A stretch of DNA of 64,000 bases from Bacteroidales bacterium (GTDB lineage Bacteria; Bacteroidota; Bacteroidia; Bacteroidales; UBA932). The stretch spans positions 205 to 64,204 of the forward strand of contig JAAZIA010000005.1 in assembly GCA_012510445.1 (NCBI GenBank), written 5' to 3'. Every line of letters starts with the position of its first letter. Within the stretch, counting starts at the first letter, position 1. A program made the position numbers and the translations under genes. This document shows, one piece after another, positions 19,434 to 28,473 of the stretch. The notes below the pieces were generated by a model. That model made no database searches. It saw only the letters and a list, made by a program, of their open reading frames with translations, and was not told the origin of the DNA.

Positions 19434-20825
19434 ATGTTCTCTAAAGAAATCTACGTACAACGCCGTAAGGCACTGAAATCAAAAATGAACCAAGGAATAG
19501 GCTTATTCATGGGAAACCGTGAAGCACCTTGTAATTACAAAGACAACACCTATCCTTTTAGGCAAGACAGCAGTTTTCTGTATTTTTTTGGTCTTGATGA
19601 ACCCAATTTGGCAGCCGTTATAGATTTTGATTCGGGAAAAGAAATTCTTTTTGCCGATGATGTGAGTCTGGACGACATTGTATGGACAGGACCGTTGCCA
19701 AAAATGCAGGAAAAAGCAGAGCTAATAGGCGTAAAGCATACGTCTTCACGTAATACCCTTGCCGGTTTTATTCAGGAAGAACAAAAGAAAGGTCCTGTTA
19801 TTCATTTCCTTCCTCCGTACCGGAGCGACAATATGATAGAACTGATGGACATGATGGGCATCCATCCCAATGAGCAGAAAGAAAAAGCTTCTGAACAGCT
19901 CATTCGCGCCATTGTAGGGTTACGTATGATCAAACAACCGGAAGAGATTGCAGAACTGGACAAAGCTTGTAATCTGGGCTATGCCATGCACTATACGGCC
20001 ATGAAGCTGGCCAAGCCGGGTATGGTAGAACAAGAGCTGGTTGGCATAATGGAAGGCATTGCCGTAAGCGGGGGATATATGCCTTCGTTCCCTATCATCC
20101 TCACGCAAAACGGAGAAGTAATGCACGGGCATTTGCATCATCAAATATTGGAAAAAGGACGCTTGCTGTTGATAGATGCAGGAGCTGAACTTCAGAGCCA
20201 CTATTGCAGTGATTTTACCCGCACCCTTCCTGTAGGAGGAGTTTTCCAAGGTATTGCTCGCGATTTGTACACTCTGGTACTGAAGGCCAACAACCATTGC
20301 ATTTCCATGTGCGCCCCCGGCGTTTCTTTTAAAGAAGTACACCTAACGGCCGCACGCATTATTACAGAAGGTTTGAAAGACCTGGGCTTAATGAAAGGAG
20401 ATACAGAAGAGGCAGTAGCTGCCGGAGCACATGCTGCTTTTTTCCCTACCGGGCTGGGTCATAATATGGGACTGGATGTGCACGATATGGAAGACTTGGG
20501 TGAACAATTTGTGGGATACGATAGCACGGTTTCCAGAAGTACGCAGTTTGGTCTAAAATCGTTGCGGATGGCCAGAAAACTGGAAATAGGAAACGTTATG
20601 ACTGTAGAACCCGGCTTTTACATCATTCCCACACTCTTGGAATTGTGGAAAAAAGAAGGCCATAATGCCTCTTTCATTGATTTTGAAAAATGTAAACCAC
20701 TATATGGGTTTGGCGGAATCCGCATTGAAGATGATTTATTGATCACAAAAGAAGGATACCGTCTGCTGGGCAACAAACGCCTACCCGTTACTCCGGAAGA
20801 GATTGAAGAGGTGATGAAGGATTGA
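19434..20825 (+). CDS. pepP: Xaa-Pro aminopeptidase (M24B)
   Basis: M24 metal-ligand regions are present: DAGAEL, HNMGLDVHD, EPGFY and IRIEDD. It also has an N-terminal creatinase/AMP_N-like domain. Confidence 0.85.
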   Translation: MFSKEIYVQRRKALKSKMNQGIGLFMGNREAPCNYKDNTYPFRQDSSFLYFFGLDEPNLAAVIDFDSGKEILFADDVSLDDIVWTGPLPKMQEKAELIGVKHTSSRNTLAGFIQEEQKKGPVIHFLPPYRSDNMIELMDMMGIHPNEQKEKASEQLIRAIVGLRMIKQPEEIAELDKACNLGYAMHYTAMKLAKPGMVEQELVGIMEGIAVSGGYMPSFPIILTQNGEVMHGHLHHQILEKGRLLLIDAGAELQSHYCSDFTRTLPVGGVFQGIARDLYTLVLKANNHCISMCAPGVSFKEVHLTAARIITEGLKDLGLMKGDTEEAVAAGAHAAFFPTGLGHNMGLDVHDMEDLGEQFVGYDSTVSRSTQFGLKSLRMARKLEIGNVMTVEPGFYIIPTLLELWKKEGHNASFIDFEKCKPLYGFGGIRIEDDLLITKEGYRLLGNKRLPVTPEEIEEVMKD

Positions 20826-21618
20826 GTGTTTTGAAATATTCTTCCAAGAACGTGGCAATGCCGTCTTCATCTACCCCGGGTGCTACGTGAGAGGCTGCTG
20901 CAATAACCTTCGGGTCTGTAGCGTTTCCCATGGCCACTCCCACCTCTGCGTATTCCAGCATGGGAATATCGTTGCCTCCGTCTCCAAAGGCCATGGTACC
21001 TTTGCGGGGCAGTCCAAAGTAGTGTAACATTTTTTCTACACCTGTTCCTTTGTTGTCTCCCTTGGGAGTGATATCGGTAAAGTCCGGATGCCAACGGCTT
21101 GATTCGCTGTGAAGGATGGCTTTGCTCATTACCTCGGCTTCCAACCGGACATCGCCGTACAGGCTTATTTGTATTACTTCATCCGTTATTTCTTCCAACG
21201 GATACACCTGCGGTAGGTCCATGCCTGCCAAAGTAGCCAAGTCTTTTACCTTCTGGTCAATGTAGTTGATGTACACTTTGTTCCTGGTTACCATAGATAC
21301 GGGAAACGGTTCGTTTTCTTTCAAGTACATGAGCAAAGAATGAATATCCCGCATATCTATCTTGCTCTGGTATATGATTTGTCCGTCACCGGATTCACAA
21401 TACCCTCCATTCTGAGCTATTAACCCGTCAAAGTACAAGCCGCCGTACGAAGGAAGGGAAAAATCTTGTATCAATACCCTGGGCCTGCCCGTACATAAAA
21501 AGGTTTTTATACCTAATGCCTGATATTTCTTAATAGCTAAAACAGCAGAGCGTGGTACGGTGTGAGTTTTAAAACTTACCAAGGTACCGTCAATGTCAAA
21601 AAAAAGAGAGTGTATCAA
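20788..21618 (-). CDS. Cof-type HAD-IIB phosphatase
   Basis: It has the FFDIDGTL nucleophile motif and a C-terminal GDGGNDIPMLE motif. Confidence 0.85.
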   Translation of the reverse strand: MIHSLFFDIDGTLVSFKTHTVPRSAVLAIKKYQALGIKTFLCTGRPRVLIQDFSLPSYGGLYFDGLIAQNGGYCESGDGQIIYQSKIDMRDIHSLLMYLKENEPFPVSMVTRNKVYINYIDQKVKDLATLAGMDLPQVYPLEEITDEVIQISLYGDVRLEAEVMSKAILHSESSRWHPDFTDITPKGDNKGTGVEKMLHYFGLPRKGTMAFGDGGNDIPMLEYAEVGVAMGNATDPKVIAAASHVAPGVDEDGIATFLEEYFKTLNPSSPLQSLPE

Positions 21619-22122
21619 TTATTTTTCAATAAGTCCTACAATGGAAGGGTCGTTGGGTTTGACCTTAGACGGCCAGTGCCCGATAAGCCGCCCCTGTTCG
21701 TCTATCAGGTATTTGGTGAAATTCCAGGCAGGTCCTTTGCTGTTCCATCCGTTTTTACTCTTATCGGTAAGCCACTGAAAAACTTGGTTCCTTTTCTTCT
21801 TGCCTCTGACAAAGGACTTTTCCATCATTTGAAAAGTCACTCCGTAATTGATTTCACAAAACTCTTGTATTTCTTCATTAGATCCGGGGTCCTGGCCCAT
21901 GAAATCATTAGACGGAAATCCCAACACTACTAACTGCGGTGCATATTTGCGGTGTAAAGCTTCCAATTCTTTAAACTGCGGTGTGTAGCCACAATTAGAG
22001 GCTGTATTTACAATCAGCACTTTTTTACCTCGCAGCTGCTCAAAAGAGTACGTTTCTCCTTGTATAGTCGTAAAAGACAAAGCGTAAAAGCTCATAATTA
22101 AAAAAATCAGTTTCATTATCAA
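21619..22122 (-). CDS. Glutathione peroxidase family protein (secreted)
   Basis: It has the NTASNCGYT catalytic Cys motif, WNFTKYLID, and an N-terminal signal-like segment. Confidence 0.85.
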   Translation of the reverse strand: MIMKLIFLIMSFYALSFTTIQGETYSFEQLRGKKVLIVNTASNCGYTPQFKELEALHRKYAPQLVVLGFPSNDFMGQDPGSNEEIQEFCEINYGVTFQMMEKSFVRGKKKRNQVFQWLTDKSKNGWNSKGPAWNFTKYLIDEQGRLIGHWPSKVKPNDPSIVGLIEK

Positions 22123-22193
22123 AAATAATTGTGGTCCAAGATACGCAATATCCTGAATAGAAAAGTAAAAGATTTTCTTTACTTTTGTTTGCT

Positions 22194-22886
22194 ATGAAAC
22201 ATATTCTTTATTGCCTGCTCTTTGTTGGTTTTTTTTCTCTAGCATTACCTGCCAATGCACAGTATGCTCGCAACCCCGAACTCTTGTTACCAAATAACGA
22301 TTCGTTAGCATTAAGTCTGCCAACTCCCTCTACTGTAGTACTCAGACATAGCGAACGAACTTTTGGAAATAAAATGTTACGGGCTACCGGTTACTCGTTA
22401 GGATTCAATACCGTCATCATGACAGCCCTTATCCTATCTCCGGAATACGTAAGCAAATGGGACAAAGAGACAGCGTTTACCAAAGAATCTCTGAAAAGAG
22501 AATACAAAAGAAGCTTTACCACACCTCCTGAAATAGATGACGACCTATTTATTATAAACTATGTAGGTCATCCCTATCAAGGAAGTTTTTATTATAACAC
22601 TACACGTTCACAGGGAGCCAAAATATGGCAAGCTTCTTTGTTTGCCGTTTTGCAATCTACGCTTTGGGAATACTTGTGGGAAGGAGGGTTGGAGCAACCC
22701 AGTATCCAGGACCTGATTGTTACTCCTCTGGGAGGAATTATACTGGGAGAACTGGCTCACAGGGCTACATTAGCCATGGCTAAGAACGGATTTACTTGGT
22801 ACGAAATTGTTGCCACCTGTATCATCAACCCGGCCTATGTCATCAACAATGGATTCAAGAATCAGACGTCCAGTCGGCGGCGGTAA
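22194..22886 (+). CDS. DUF3943-like secreted protein
   Basis: It has a signal peptide (ALPANAQ) and the VGHPYQGSFYYN motif that I associate with DUF3943. The ATG at 22194 is preferred over the TTG at 22185. Confidence 0.55.
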   Translation: MKHILYCLLFVGFFSLALPANAQYARNPELLLPNNDSLALSLPTPSTVVLRHSERTFGNKMLRATGYSLGFNTVIMTALILSPEYVSKWDKETAFTKESLKREYKRSFTTPPEIDDDLFIINYVGHPYQGSFYYNTTRSQGAKIWQASLFAVLQSTLWEYLWEGGLEQPSIQDLIVTPLGGIILGELAHRATLAMAKNGFTWYEIVATCIINPAYVINNGFKNQTSSRRR

Positions 22887-24133
22887 TTGAAGGTGATAGC
22901 TACAGAAAAACAAACCATCCCAAAGAATAGCATGGCGGCACACTCCGGCAGAATGGCTTTTATACCGGCATCCAGAAGGAACACATCCATAAATCCCGAT
23001 AGCCCCCAATGCATAGGAGACAGTTTACTTATTTGCCTGAGGGTTTCTGACATCACAAAAGTAGGGACCCAAACTCCTCCAATGGCGGCCATAATAACAA
23101 CGGAAATGGCTCCAAAAACAGAAGATTGATGAAAAGTATTGGCAATATTGCCAATGGCTATCCCATACCCAATAGCTGCTATAGAAGCAGAAAGAGCCAG
23201 CAGGATCAAAGCCATTGGGGAACTACCCAAATTAAGTGACTCCAGCCCAAACCAGGGAAGAACAAAAATCCCTATGAGTAGCATGAGTCCAAACTGCAAT
23301 AACGTAACAATCAAAAAGACAACGGCTTTGCTTAACAAATACTCTGTATAAGAACAGGGCATAGTAAGCAGTCGGGAAAAACTCCCTTCCTGCCGCTCTC
23401 TGATGATGCTTCCGGAAAGAGATATGACTATAAAGAAGACGGCAAAAAGTGACCAAGCCGGAACGTTATGCTGTACCGGGTTGGGTACCATGTCCTTGCC
23501 TTCTAAACGAGCATTGCGTATATCTATAACTACCTGATCTCCGTAAAAACCTGCCGTTGAGATAGGTATGGGACTTATTTCGTTTACTTGTCTTGTAATC
23601 TCCTTTAGTATGTATTCAAATTCAATTTTTTGTGTCCTTTCTTTAAGGGTACTCATGATATAGGAGGAAAAAGACATTTTTGTGGTAGGGTCTATAAAAA
23701 TTACAAACCCCACGCTGTCTATAGCCGGCAACTCTTCGGCACCGCTAAAAGCGGTCATCACATATTTTACTACATTCCTCCGAATGGTTTCCGTTGTGTT
23801 TTCGGGAATATAGATCCCTAAAGTATACTTACTCCCGGCCACTTCTCTTTCCACTTGTTCTTGCGTTGGTTCTTTGCCTTTAATATGCCTGTCTATTTTA
23901 AAGATCCCAGACAGCTCAATTTCTTTATCAATGGCTTTGCCCAACTCTCCTTTGTCTTTGTTAACTAGTAAAAGAGGAACAGAAGCATCTTTCAATACCC
24001 TGTAGGTACTTTCCTGGAGGAGTGTCATCAAAACAACCAATACGGCAGGCATAAGAAACATAAGCAAGAGTCCTGCTATGTCTCGCTTAAGCAGCAAATA
24101 ATCTTTATACAACAGGTATCGGAATTTTTTCAT
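22862..24133 (-). CDS. ABC-2 type transporter permease
   Basis: It has an N-terminal TM helix, a large extracytoplasmic loop, then five or six C-terminal TM helices. It overlaps the upstream ATPase gene by 4 nt. Confidence 0.8.
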   Translation of the reverse strand: MKKFRYLLYKDYLLLKRDIAGLLLMFLMPAVLVVLMTLLQESTYRVLKDASVPLLLVNKDKGELGKAIDKEIELSGIFKIDRHIKGKEPTQEQVEREVAGSKYTLGIYIPENTTETIRRNVVKYVMTAFSGAEELPAIDSVGFVIFIDPTTKMSFSSYIMSTLKERTQKIEFEYILKEITRQVNEISPIPISTAGFYGDQVVIDIRNARLEGKDMVPNPVQHNVPAWSLFAVFFIVISLSGSIIRERQEGSFSRLLTMPCSYTEYLLSKAVVFLIVTLLQFGLMLLIGIFVLPWFGLESLNLGSSPMALILLALSASIAAIGYGIAIGNIANTFHQSSVFGAISVVIMAAIGGVWVPTFVMSETLRQISKLSPMHWGLSGFMDVFLLDAGIKAILPECAAMLFFGMVCFSVAITFNYRRRLDV

Positions 24134-24888
24134 GTGTTATCCCTTATTCTTTTTCCGGTCAAAAGCAGGTACACAGACTCTAGGTCATCACATATGTTGT
24201 GTTCTGCTATAAGATGTTCCGGGCTGCCTTGACTAATAATGGATCCGTTGTCCATAAAAGCCACCTGAGAGCAAATTTGCTGCGCTTCTTCCAAATAGTG
24301 GGAAATAAAAAGTATGGTCGTTCCCTGCCGATTGATTTCAACAAGTTTCTCAAGAATCATTCTGCGCGATTGAGCATCTACACCTACCGTAGGTTCATCT
24401 AAGATTAAAATTTCAGGCGCATGAAGCATTCCGGCAATCATGTTTACCCTGCGTTTCATTCCACCGGAAAAACGGTTGATGAACGAATGTCTGCTTTCGG
24501 TCAAGTCAAAAAGTTCCAACAGTTGGTCTATCCTTTTTTCCAGCAGGGGTTTTTCAATGCCGTACAGCCCTCCAAAAATTTTGAGATTTTCATAAGCTGT
24601 TAACGTAGGAAAAAGAGCTATGTCTTGGGGTACAAGCCCAAACAGAGGCCGTATCTGTTTCATGCCGGCAGAGATATCCCTGCCTTGAATCCGAACCTTG
24701 CCACTATCGTACTTTCTCAACCCGCAAATGATGTTGATGGCTGTTGTTTTACCTGCTCCGTTAGGCGCCAAAAGGCCAAATAAAGATCCATAAGGAATTC
24801 TTAACGTAAACCCATTCAATGTAGGATGGGTTTTTCCCTTGTACGTTTTTTTAAGGTTTTCAGTTTCTATGGCATACCGGTTACTCAC
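24130..24888 (-). CDS. ABC transporter ATP-binding protein
   Basis: It has Walker A (APNGAGKTT), the signature motif (FSGGMKRR) and Walker B (ILILDEP). Confidence 0.9.
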   Translation of the reverse strand: MSNRYAIETENLKKTYKGKTHPTLNGFTLRIPYGSLFGLLAPNGAGKTTAINIICGLRKYDSGKVRIQGRDISAGMKQIRPLFGLVPQDIALFPTLTAYENLKIFGGLYGIEKPLLEKRIDQLLELFDLTESRHSFINRFSGGMKRRVNMIAGMLHAPEILILDEPTVGVDAQSRRMILEKLVEINRQGTTILFISHYLEEAQQICSQVAFMDNGSIISQGSPEHLIAEHNICDDLESVYLLLTGKRIRDNT

Positions 24889-25897
24889 GTTTTATCGATT
24901 TTTCTAACCGCGTAAAAATATCTATTTCTCTTTCGGATATAACTTCAAGTTTGTGGGCCAGGTCATCGTAAGAGCCTATCTCCCCTTCTCTTTTCTTAAA
25001 GAAACGAGCGGCATGGTAAGAAAAGTCCCTCCACAAATCTCCTGTTTCCGACAGCTCCATTGATAAGTTGTTCCATAACGGTCTATTAAGAAACTCAGAA
25101 GCCTCCTGAAGAAAGGCTGCATACATAAAACGAAACCCTGCTCCTCCTGTTCCAATTTCTTCCAACATACGGATGACCTGAGCCAGGTTAAGAGCGGCTC
25201 CTCTTTTACCGTACAGTTTTTCCCACTTTCGCATCCTTCTTGCCAAATAGGCAATGCCTTGTGCTCCAAACATGGGAAAAGGAATATGTAGCATATCGGA
25301 ACACGTCTTGCGGGTTGCCTTATCAATCATTTCTTCATCTAACGGCCTGTAATTATCTAAACTCTTAATGTAATACATCCTTCCTTTAGGCGGGCTTGTA
25401 CCCCAGGCAAACCTTACTTTTTTCAAATCTGCCGATGAAAGTCTGTGCTTATTCATGCCTACAGGATCCGAAATAATGTATTCGTCTCCTTCTTTTCCTA
25501 TCACACAAAGGTTGTGCGCATTGAAGTGAAACCTATATTCCTTGGGAAAGTACGATAAATTGTACGCACCCACACGCAAGCCCACGGGGATTCTCTGAAA
25601 GAGAATTTCGTCAAGTTTGTCCATGGACTTATCGGGATTTTTAAATTTATGCCACTGAATATCAATTCCTAAAGCTTTTGTAACACGAGTAAAAATAGTT
25701 CCTGGGAAAGGCCTGAACGAGGTAAGGGCCATACCGTGCATCTTGTAAAACGGCATATGAGAAAAAAAGATGCCCGATCCAAGTCCCAGAACCATGGGTT
25801 CACTTAATTTTATTCCGTAAAAGTTCAATAGATTTCTTACAACACCATTCTCACAATGTGCGGCGTGCCTGTGTTCAAAGTCAATTTGCATAGTCAA
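24881..25897 (-). CDS. BtrH_N/DUF4872-like (papain-fold) protein
   Basis: The N-terminal AAHCENGVVRNLLNFYGIKLSEPMVLGLGSGIFF matches the BtrH N-terminal domain pattern as I recall it. It overlaps neighbours on both sides. Confidence 0.6.
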   Translation of the reverse strand: MTMQIDFEHRHAAHCENGVVRNLLNFYGIKLSEPMVLGLGSGIFFSHMPFYKMHGMALTSFRPFPGTIFTRVTKALGIDIQWHKFKNPDKSMDKLDEILFQRIPVGLRVGAYNLSYFPKEYRFHFNAHNLCVIGKEGDEYIISDPVGMNKHRLSSADLKKVRFAWGTSPPKGRMYYIKSLDNYRPLDEEMIDKATRKTCSDMLHIPFPMFGAQGIAYLARRMRKWEKLYGKRGAALNLAQVIRMLEEIGTGGAGFRFMYAAFLQEASEFLNRPLWNNLSMELSETGDLWRDFSYHAARFFKKREGEIGSYDDLAHKLEVISEREIDIFTRLEKSIKRE

Positions 25898-26301
25898 TCA
25901 ATAGAGATGAGTTCTTCAACATTAATGTTTAAAGCAACCGCCAAGCACGACAGCTCTTCCGGTTTTATTTTTGAAAAATATTTTGGTTTACAGTAACGAA
26001 CAATTTTTCTGCGCGATAAGCCGGCATATTTAGACAATATAGCAGGAGTCATAAGCAATCGCTCCATGTGGTATGCCAAGGGACTGAGTTTTCCTTGCAC
26101 CACCTGTTCACGGATTTTGTCAGCCTCTTCTTCCCTGTTATTCCATGCAAACTGAATGGCTGCATTTTTTGGTTTCCATCCTACACTTGGCACTTCCCGG
26201 AACTTCCCTTCCTCATCCAAAGCATAGTACCTATCTCTTAGGCATATTTCGGTCTCTTCCTGTAAAAATGCATTGTCTTGTGGTACTTCATTGACTTTCA
26301 T
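25894..26301 (-). CDS. Hypothetical protein with C-terminal HTH-like segment
   Basis: It is 135 aa. The C-terminal part (LSKYAGLSRRKIVRYCKPK...LSCLAVALNINVEELI) resembles an XRE-type helix-turn-helix. It overlaps the BtrH-like gene by 4 nt. Confidence 0.4.
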   Translation of the reverse strand: MKVNEVPQDNAFLQEETEICLRDRYYALDEEGKFREVPSVGWKPKNAAIQFAWNNREEEADKIREQVVQGKLSPLAYHMERLLMTPAILSKYAGLSRRKIVRYCKPKYFSKIKPEELSCLAVALNINVEELISID

Positions 26302-26316
26302 AAGCCTAGCTATTTA

Positions 26317-26913
26317 TTACAAATATACCATTTTTTGTAAAGAAAAAAGGTAGGTGGTAACGTACCCAGACCTTTCACAAATTTCGATCTTTACAAGAGC
26401 ATAGTTTTTTGAATCAAAAGTTAACACTATGTTTTCAAAAGCATTTTCCGGACTTTCTTTTTTATACAATATGGTTATCAAGTACTCTTCATCAGAGGCC
26501 TTGTACAGAAGATTGTATTGGCTGTTTAACGCGTAGAGCTTTCCTTGCATACACTCTCCCATGATACGAGCCATTTCTGTTAAAGCATTGTTTTGCGCCT
26601 TTAATGAATAAGTAGTGGTTTTACCATCTACTGTGATTTTCACAGCTTTCCCGTCAGCTGCCATACTCATTTCTCTTGGCGAAGTATAATCAAAACGTAT
26701 TCCCGTATTTTTTGAATACGTAAACGTTCCTTTAGAAGTCACCTTTACTTCTAATTCCCGGAACTCTTTTTCTTGTATGAAATCCCCGGAAAAAGTTTCA
26801 ACACGCTGCATGGCTTGGGACAAATTTCCAAAGAATTCATTCTTGTTTCCTTGTGAAAACAACGTCACAATTATACAAAGAGTTATAGCCGTAAGGGTAC
26901 CTCGTCTTTTCAT
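26317..26913 (-). CDS. LolA-like outer-membrane lipoprotein carrier family protein
   Basis: It has a signal peptide, is about 200 aa, and has a FSGDFIQEKEF...GTFTY pattern typical of LolA-like proteins. Confidence 0.6.
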   Translation of the reverse strand: MKRRGTLTAITLCIIVTLFSQGNKNEFFGNLSQAMQRVETFSGDFIQEKEFRELEVKVTSKGTFTYSKNTGIRFDYTSPREMSMAADGKAVKITVDGKTTTYSLKAQNNALTEMARIMGECMQGKLYALNSQYNLLYKASDEEYLITILYKKESPENAFENIVLTFDSKNYALVKIEICERSGYVTTYLFSLQKMVYL

Positions 26914-27284
26914 ATTCCAACCTCCTTCATGAGAGCTTGCATTTTTAAAACAGGGTGGGTTCCGTATTGAAGTTCGGCACTCACTTTGATCTCGTTCGTT
27001 TCTTCTTGTACCTCTGTTTTGGCGTTCATCAGTAGCGTTTCCTCACGTAAAGGTTCCACAACAGAAGAGAATTTACATGTTCCTACAGCTACATACTGTA
27101 ATTTTTTCCCCAAGATTGTTTCTGTACATATCCTTATTAGATAGAGCGAACAAACCCCCGGAAGTATAGGGACTTCGGGGAAATGACCCTGAAACACTTC
27201 ATGGGTAGTGTTTAGCCTGGCCGTTGCCCGAAAGTTTCCGGGTTCGGTAGCAGTTACAGATTCAATAGTAAAGAGTTTCTTCAA
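26910..27284 (-). CDS. FabA/FabZ-type 3-hydroxyacyl-ACP dehydratase (hotdog fold)
   Basis: It has the catalytic motif FQGHFPEVPILPGVC and is 124 aa. Confidence 0.75.
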   Translation of the reverse strand: MKKLFTIESVTATEPGNFRATARLNTTHEVFQGHFPEVPILPGVCSLYLIRICTETILGKKLQYVAVGTCKFSSVVEPLREETLLMNAKTEVQEETNEIKVSAELQYGTHPVLKMQALMKEVGI

Positions 27285-27810
27285 CAGATTCAGCCCGAGT
27301 TAAGAAAAGGGATACCTGTAACAGGGGATGTTCAATCTTAATGTTTTTTGGATATCCCTCTTTATAGTTTTCCATTTTCATTTTTGTTTTATAAATACCT
27401 GTTCCGCTTTGCAATGTTTCCACCTTGCCTTCACTATTCCGTATGGGAGCATATCCTATACCTGCAGAAGGATCGTACAACAGGGACAAATCTTTCCACA
27501 CCAGATCCAACGCTTTTTTCTTATCGGGAAAATCAATGGCAAAATGTGTTGTATAGCCGTCTTCTGTACCTTCCAAATCAAAAAGTGACACTCCAAAATG
27601 GGAGGTGAGCACAAACCGTGGCTTGTTAACTGCATTTCTTTCTACTAAAAGCAAACCATCTACTTGTTTGTTCTTATATTTCATCTGAAAATCATAGAAT
27701 AAAATTTTCTTTTCTGTATTTAAAAAGGGTGGGACGTTTTCCCATCCGATTTTACCCGCAGTTCCGCATGCGACTGTCAACAACAAAAACAACACTTGAA
27801 TTTTTTTCAT
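27262..27810 (-). CDS. Lipoprotein of unknown function
   Basis: It has a lipobox (LLLTVACG), is 182 aa, and looks beta-rich. Its position matches the lipoprotein found in aryl-polyene-type clusters. Confidence 0.5.
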   Translation of the reverse strand: MKKIQVLFLLLTVACGTAGKIGWENVPPFLNTEKKILFYDFQMKYKNKQVDGLLLVERNAVNKPRFVLTSHFGVSLFDLEGTEDGYTTHFAIDFPDKKKALDLVWKDLSLLYDPSAGIGYAPIRNSEGKVETLQSGTGIYKTKMKMENYKEGYPKNIKIEHPLLQVSLFLTRAESVEETLYY

Positions 27811-28298
27811 ATACCCAATCCTGCAGTTTTTACCACCTTCATTTCTGCTTCTGCCAACAACCCGTCTTTATTATATGTACTCACCTGTACTACAGAAAAA
27901 ACCGGGTTTTTGAAGGTCTCCTCCACTTCTGTATATAAAGGTTCTTCCTCTTTTGCCCTTCTATACAAGTTTACATTTTTAAAAGACGCCACAAAACCCG
28001 GAATTACTCCCTCTGTTTGCTCCTCTTCCTGTGTCTCTGTCGTATTTGCTTCCCTCACACCTCGGGCCATGGCAACCGATTGTGCCATGTGTTCCAAAAG
28101 CCCTTCTTCCCGGAAAAAACCGTTTTCACAAAATAGCGATTCCTTTTTTGGTGTATATCCTGTATAAGAAGCCTTTTGATCTTTTCCGTGATACGTATCA
28201 ATCAATAAAGCAGGAGGTCTGTGCGGGAGGTATTCGAATAACTCTTCCCCGGAACAAATAATAGATTTTGCTTGCCTCACAATAAACTCTTTACACAT
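27807..28298 (-). CDS. Hotdog-fold dehydratase-like protein
   Basis: The LPHRPPALLID motif parallels FabZ LPHRYPFLLVD. An acidic insert (TETQEEEQTE) is present. It is the first ORF of the operon. Confidence 0.55.
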   Translation of the reverse strand: MCKEFIVRQAKSIICSGEELFEYLPHRPPALLIDTYHGKDQKASYTGYTPKKESLFCENGFFREEGLLEHMAQSVAMARGVREANTTETQEEEQTEGVIPGFVASFKNVNLYRRAKEEEPLYTEVEETFKNPVFSVVQVSTYNKDGLLAEAEMKVVKTAGLGI

Positions 28299-28306
28299 CA
28301 GATGTG

Positions 28307-28393
28307 TGGTGCCCGGAGCCGGGATCGAACCGGCACAGCCTTGCGGCCACTGGTGTTTGAGACCAGCGCGTCTACCTATTCCGCCATCCGGGC
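28307..28393 (-). tRNA. tRNA-Leu (anticodon CAA), CCA encoded
   Basis: The reverse complement folds by hand. The acceptor stem is GCCCGGA/TCCGGGC and the anticodon stem-loop is CTGGT-CTCAAAC-ACCAG. It has a 15-nt variable arm, T-loop TTCGATC, discriminator A and CCA. Confidence 0.9.
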
Positions 28394-28473
28394 TTTGTAG
28401 TTATTCTCACAAACTGATAAACGGGAAGCAAATGTAGTGTATTTTTTTTAAGTAATAAAACCGACGGCGATTT

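Noticed and set aside
20788-20825. Two convergent gene pairs overlap: pepP with the Cof-HAD gene (38 nt), and the DUF3943 gene with the ABC-2 permease gene (22862-22886, 25 nt).
   Set aside because: Tail-to-tail overlaps of a few dozen nucleotides are common in compact genomes, and I see no embedded structure.
22132-22147. A sigma-54-like sequence, TGGTCC-aagat-ACGCA, lies upstream of the DUF3943 gene.
   Set aside because: It keeps the GG-N10-GC spacing but matches only 8 of 11 consensus positions. Matches of that quality are expected by chance many times in 64 kb.
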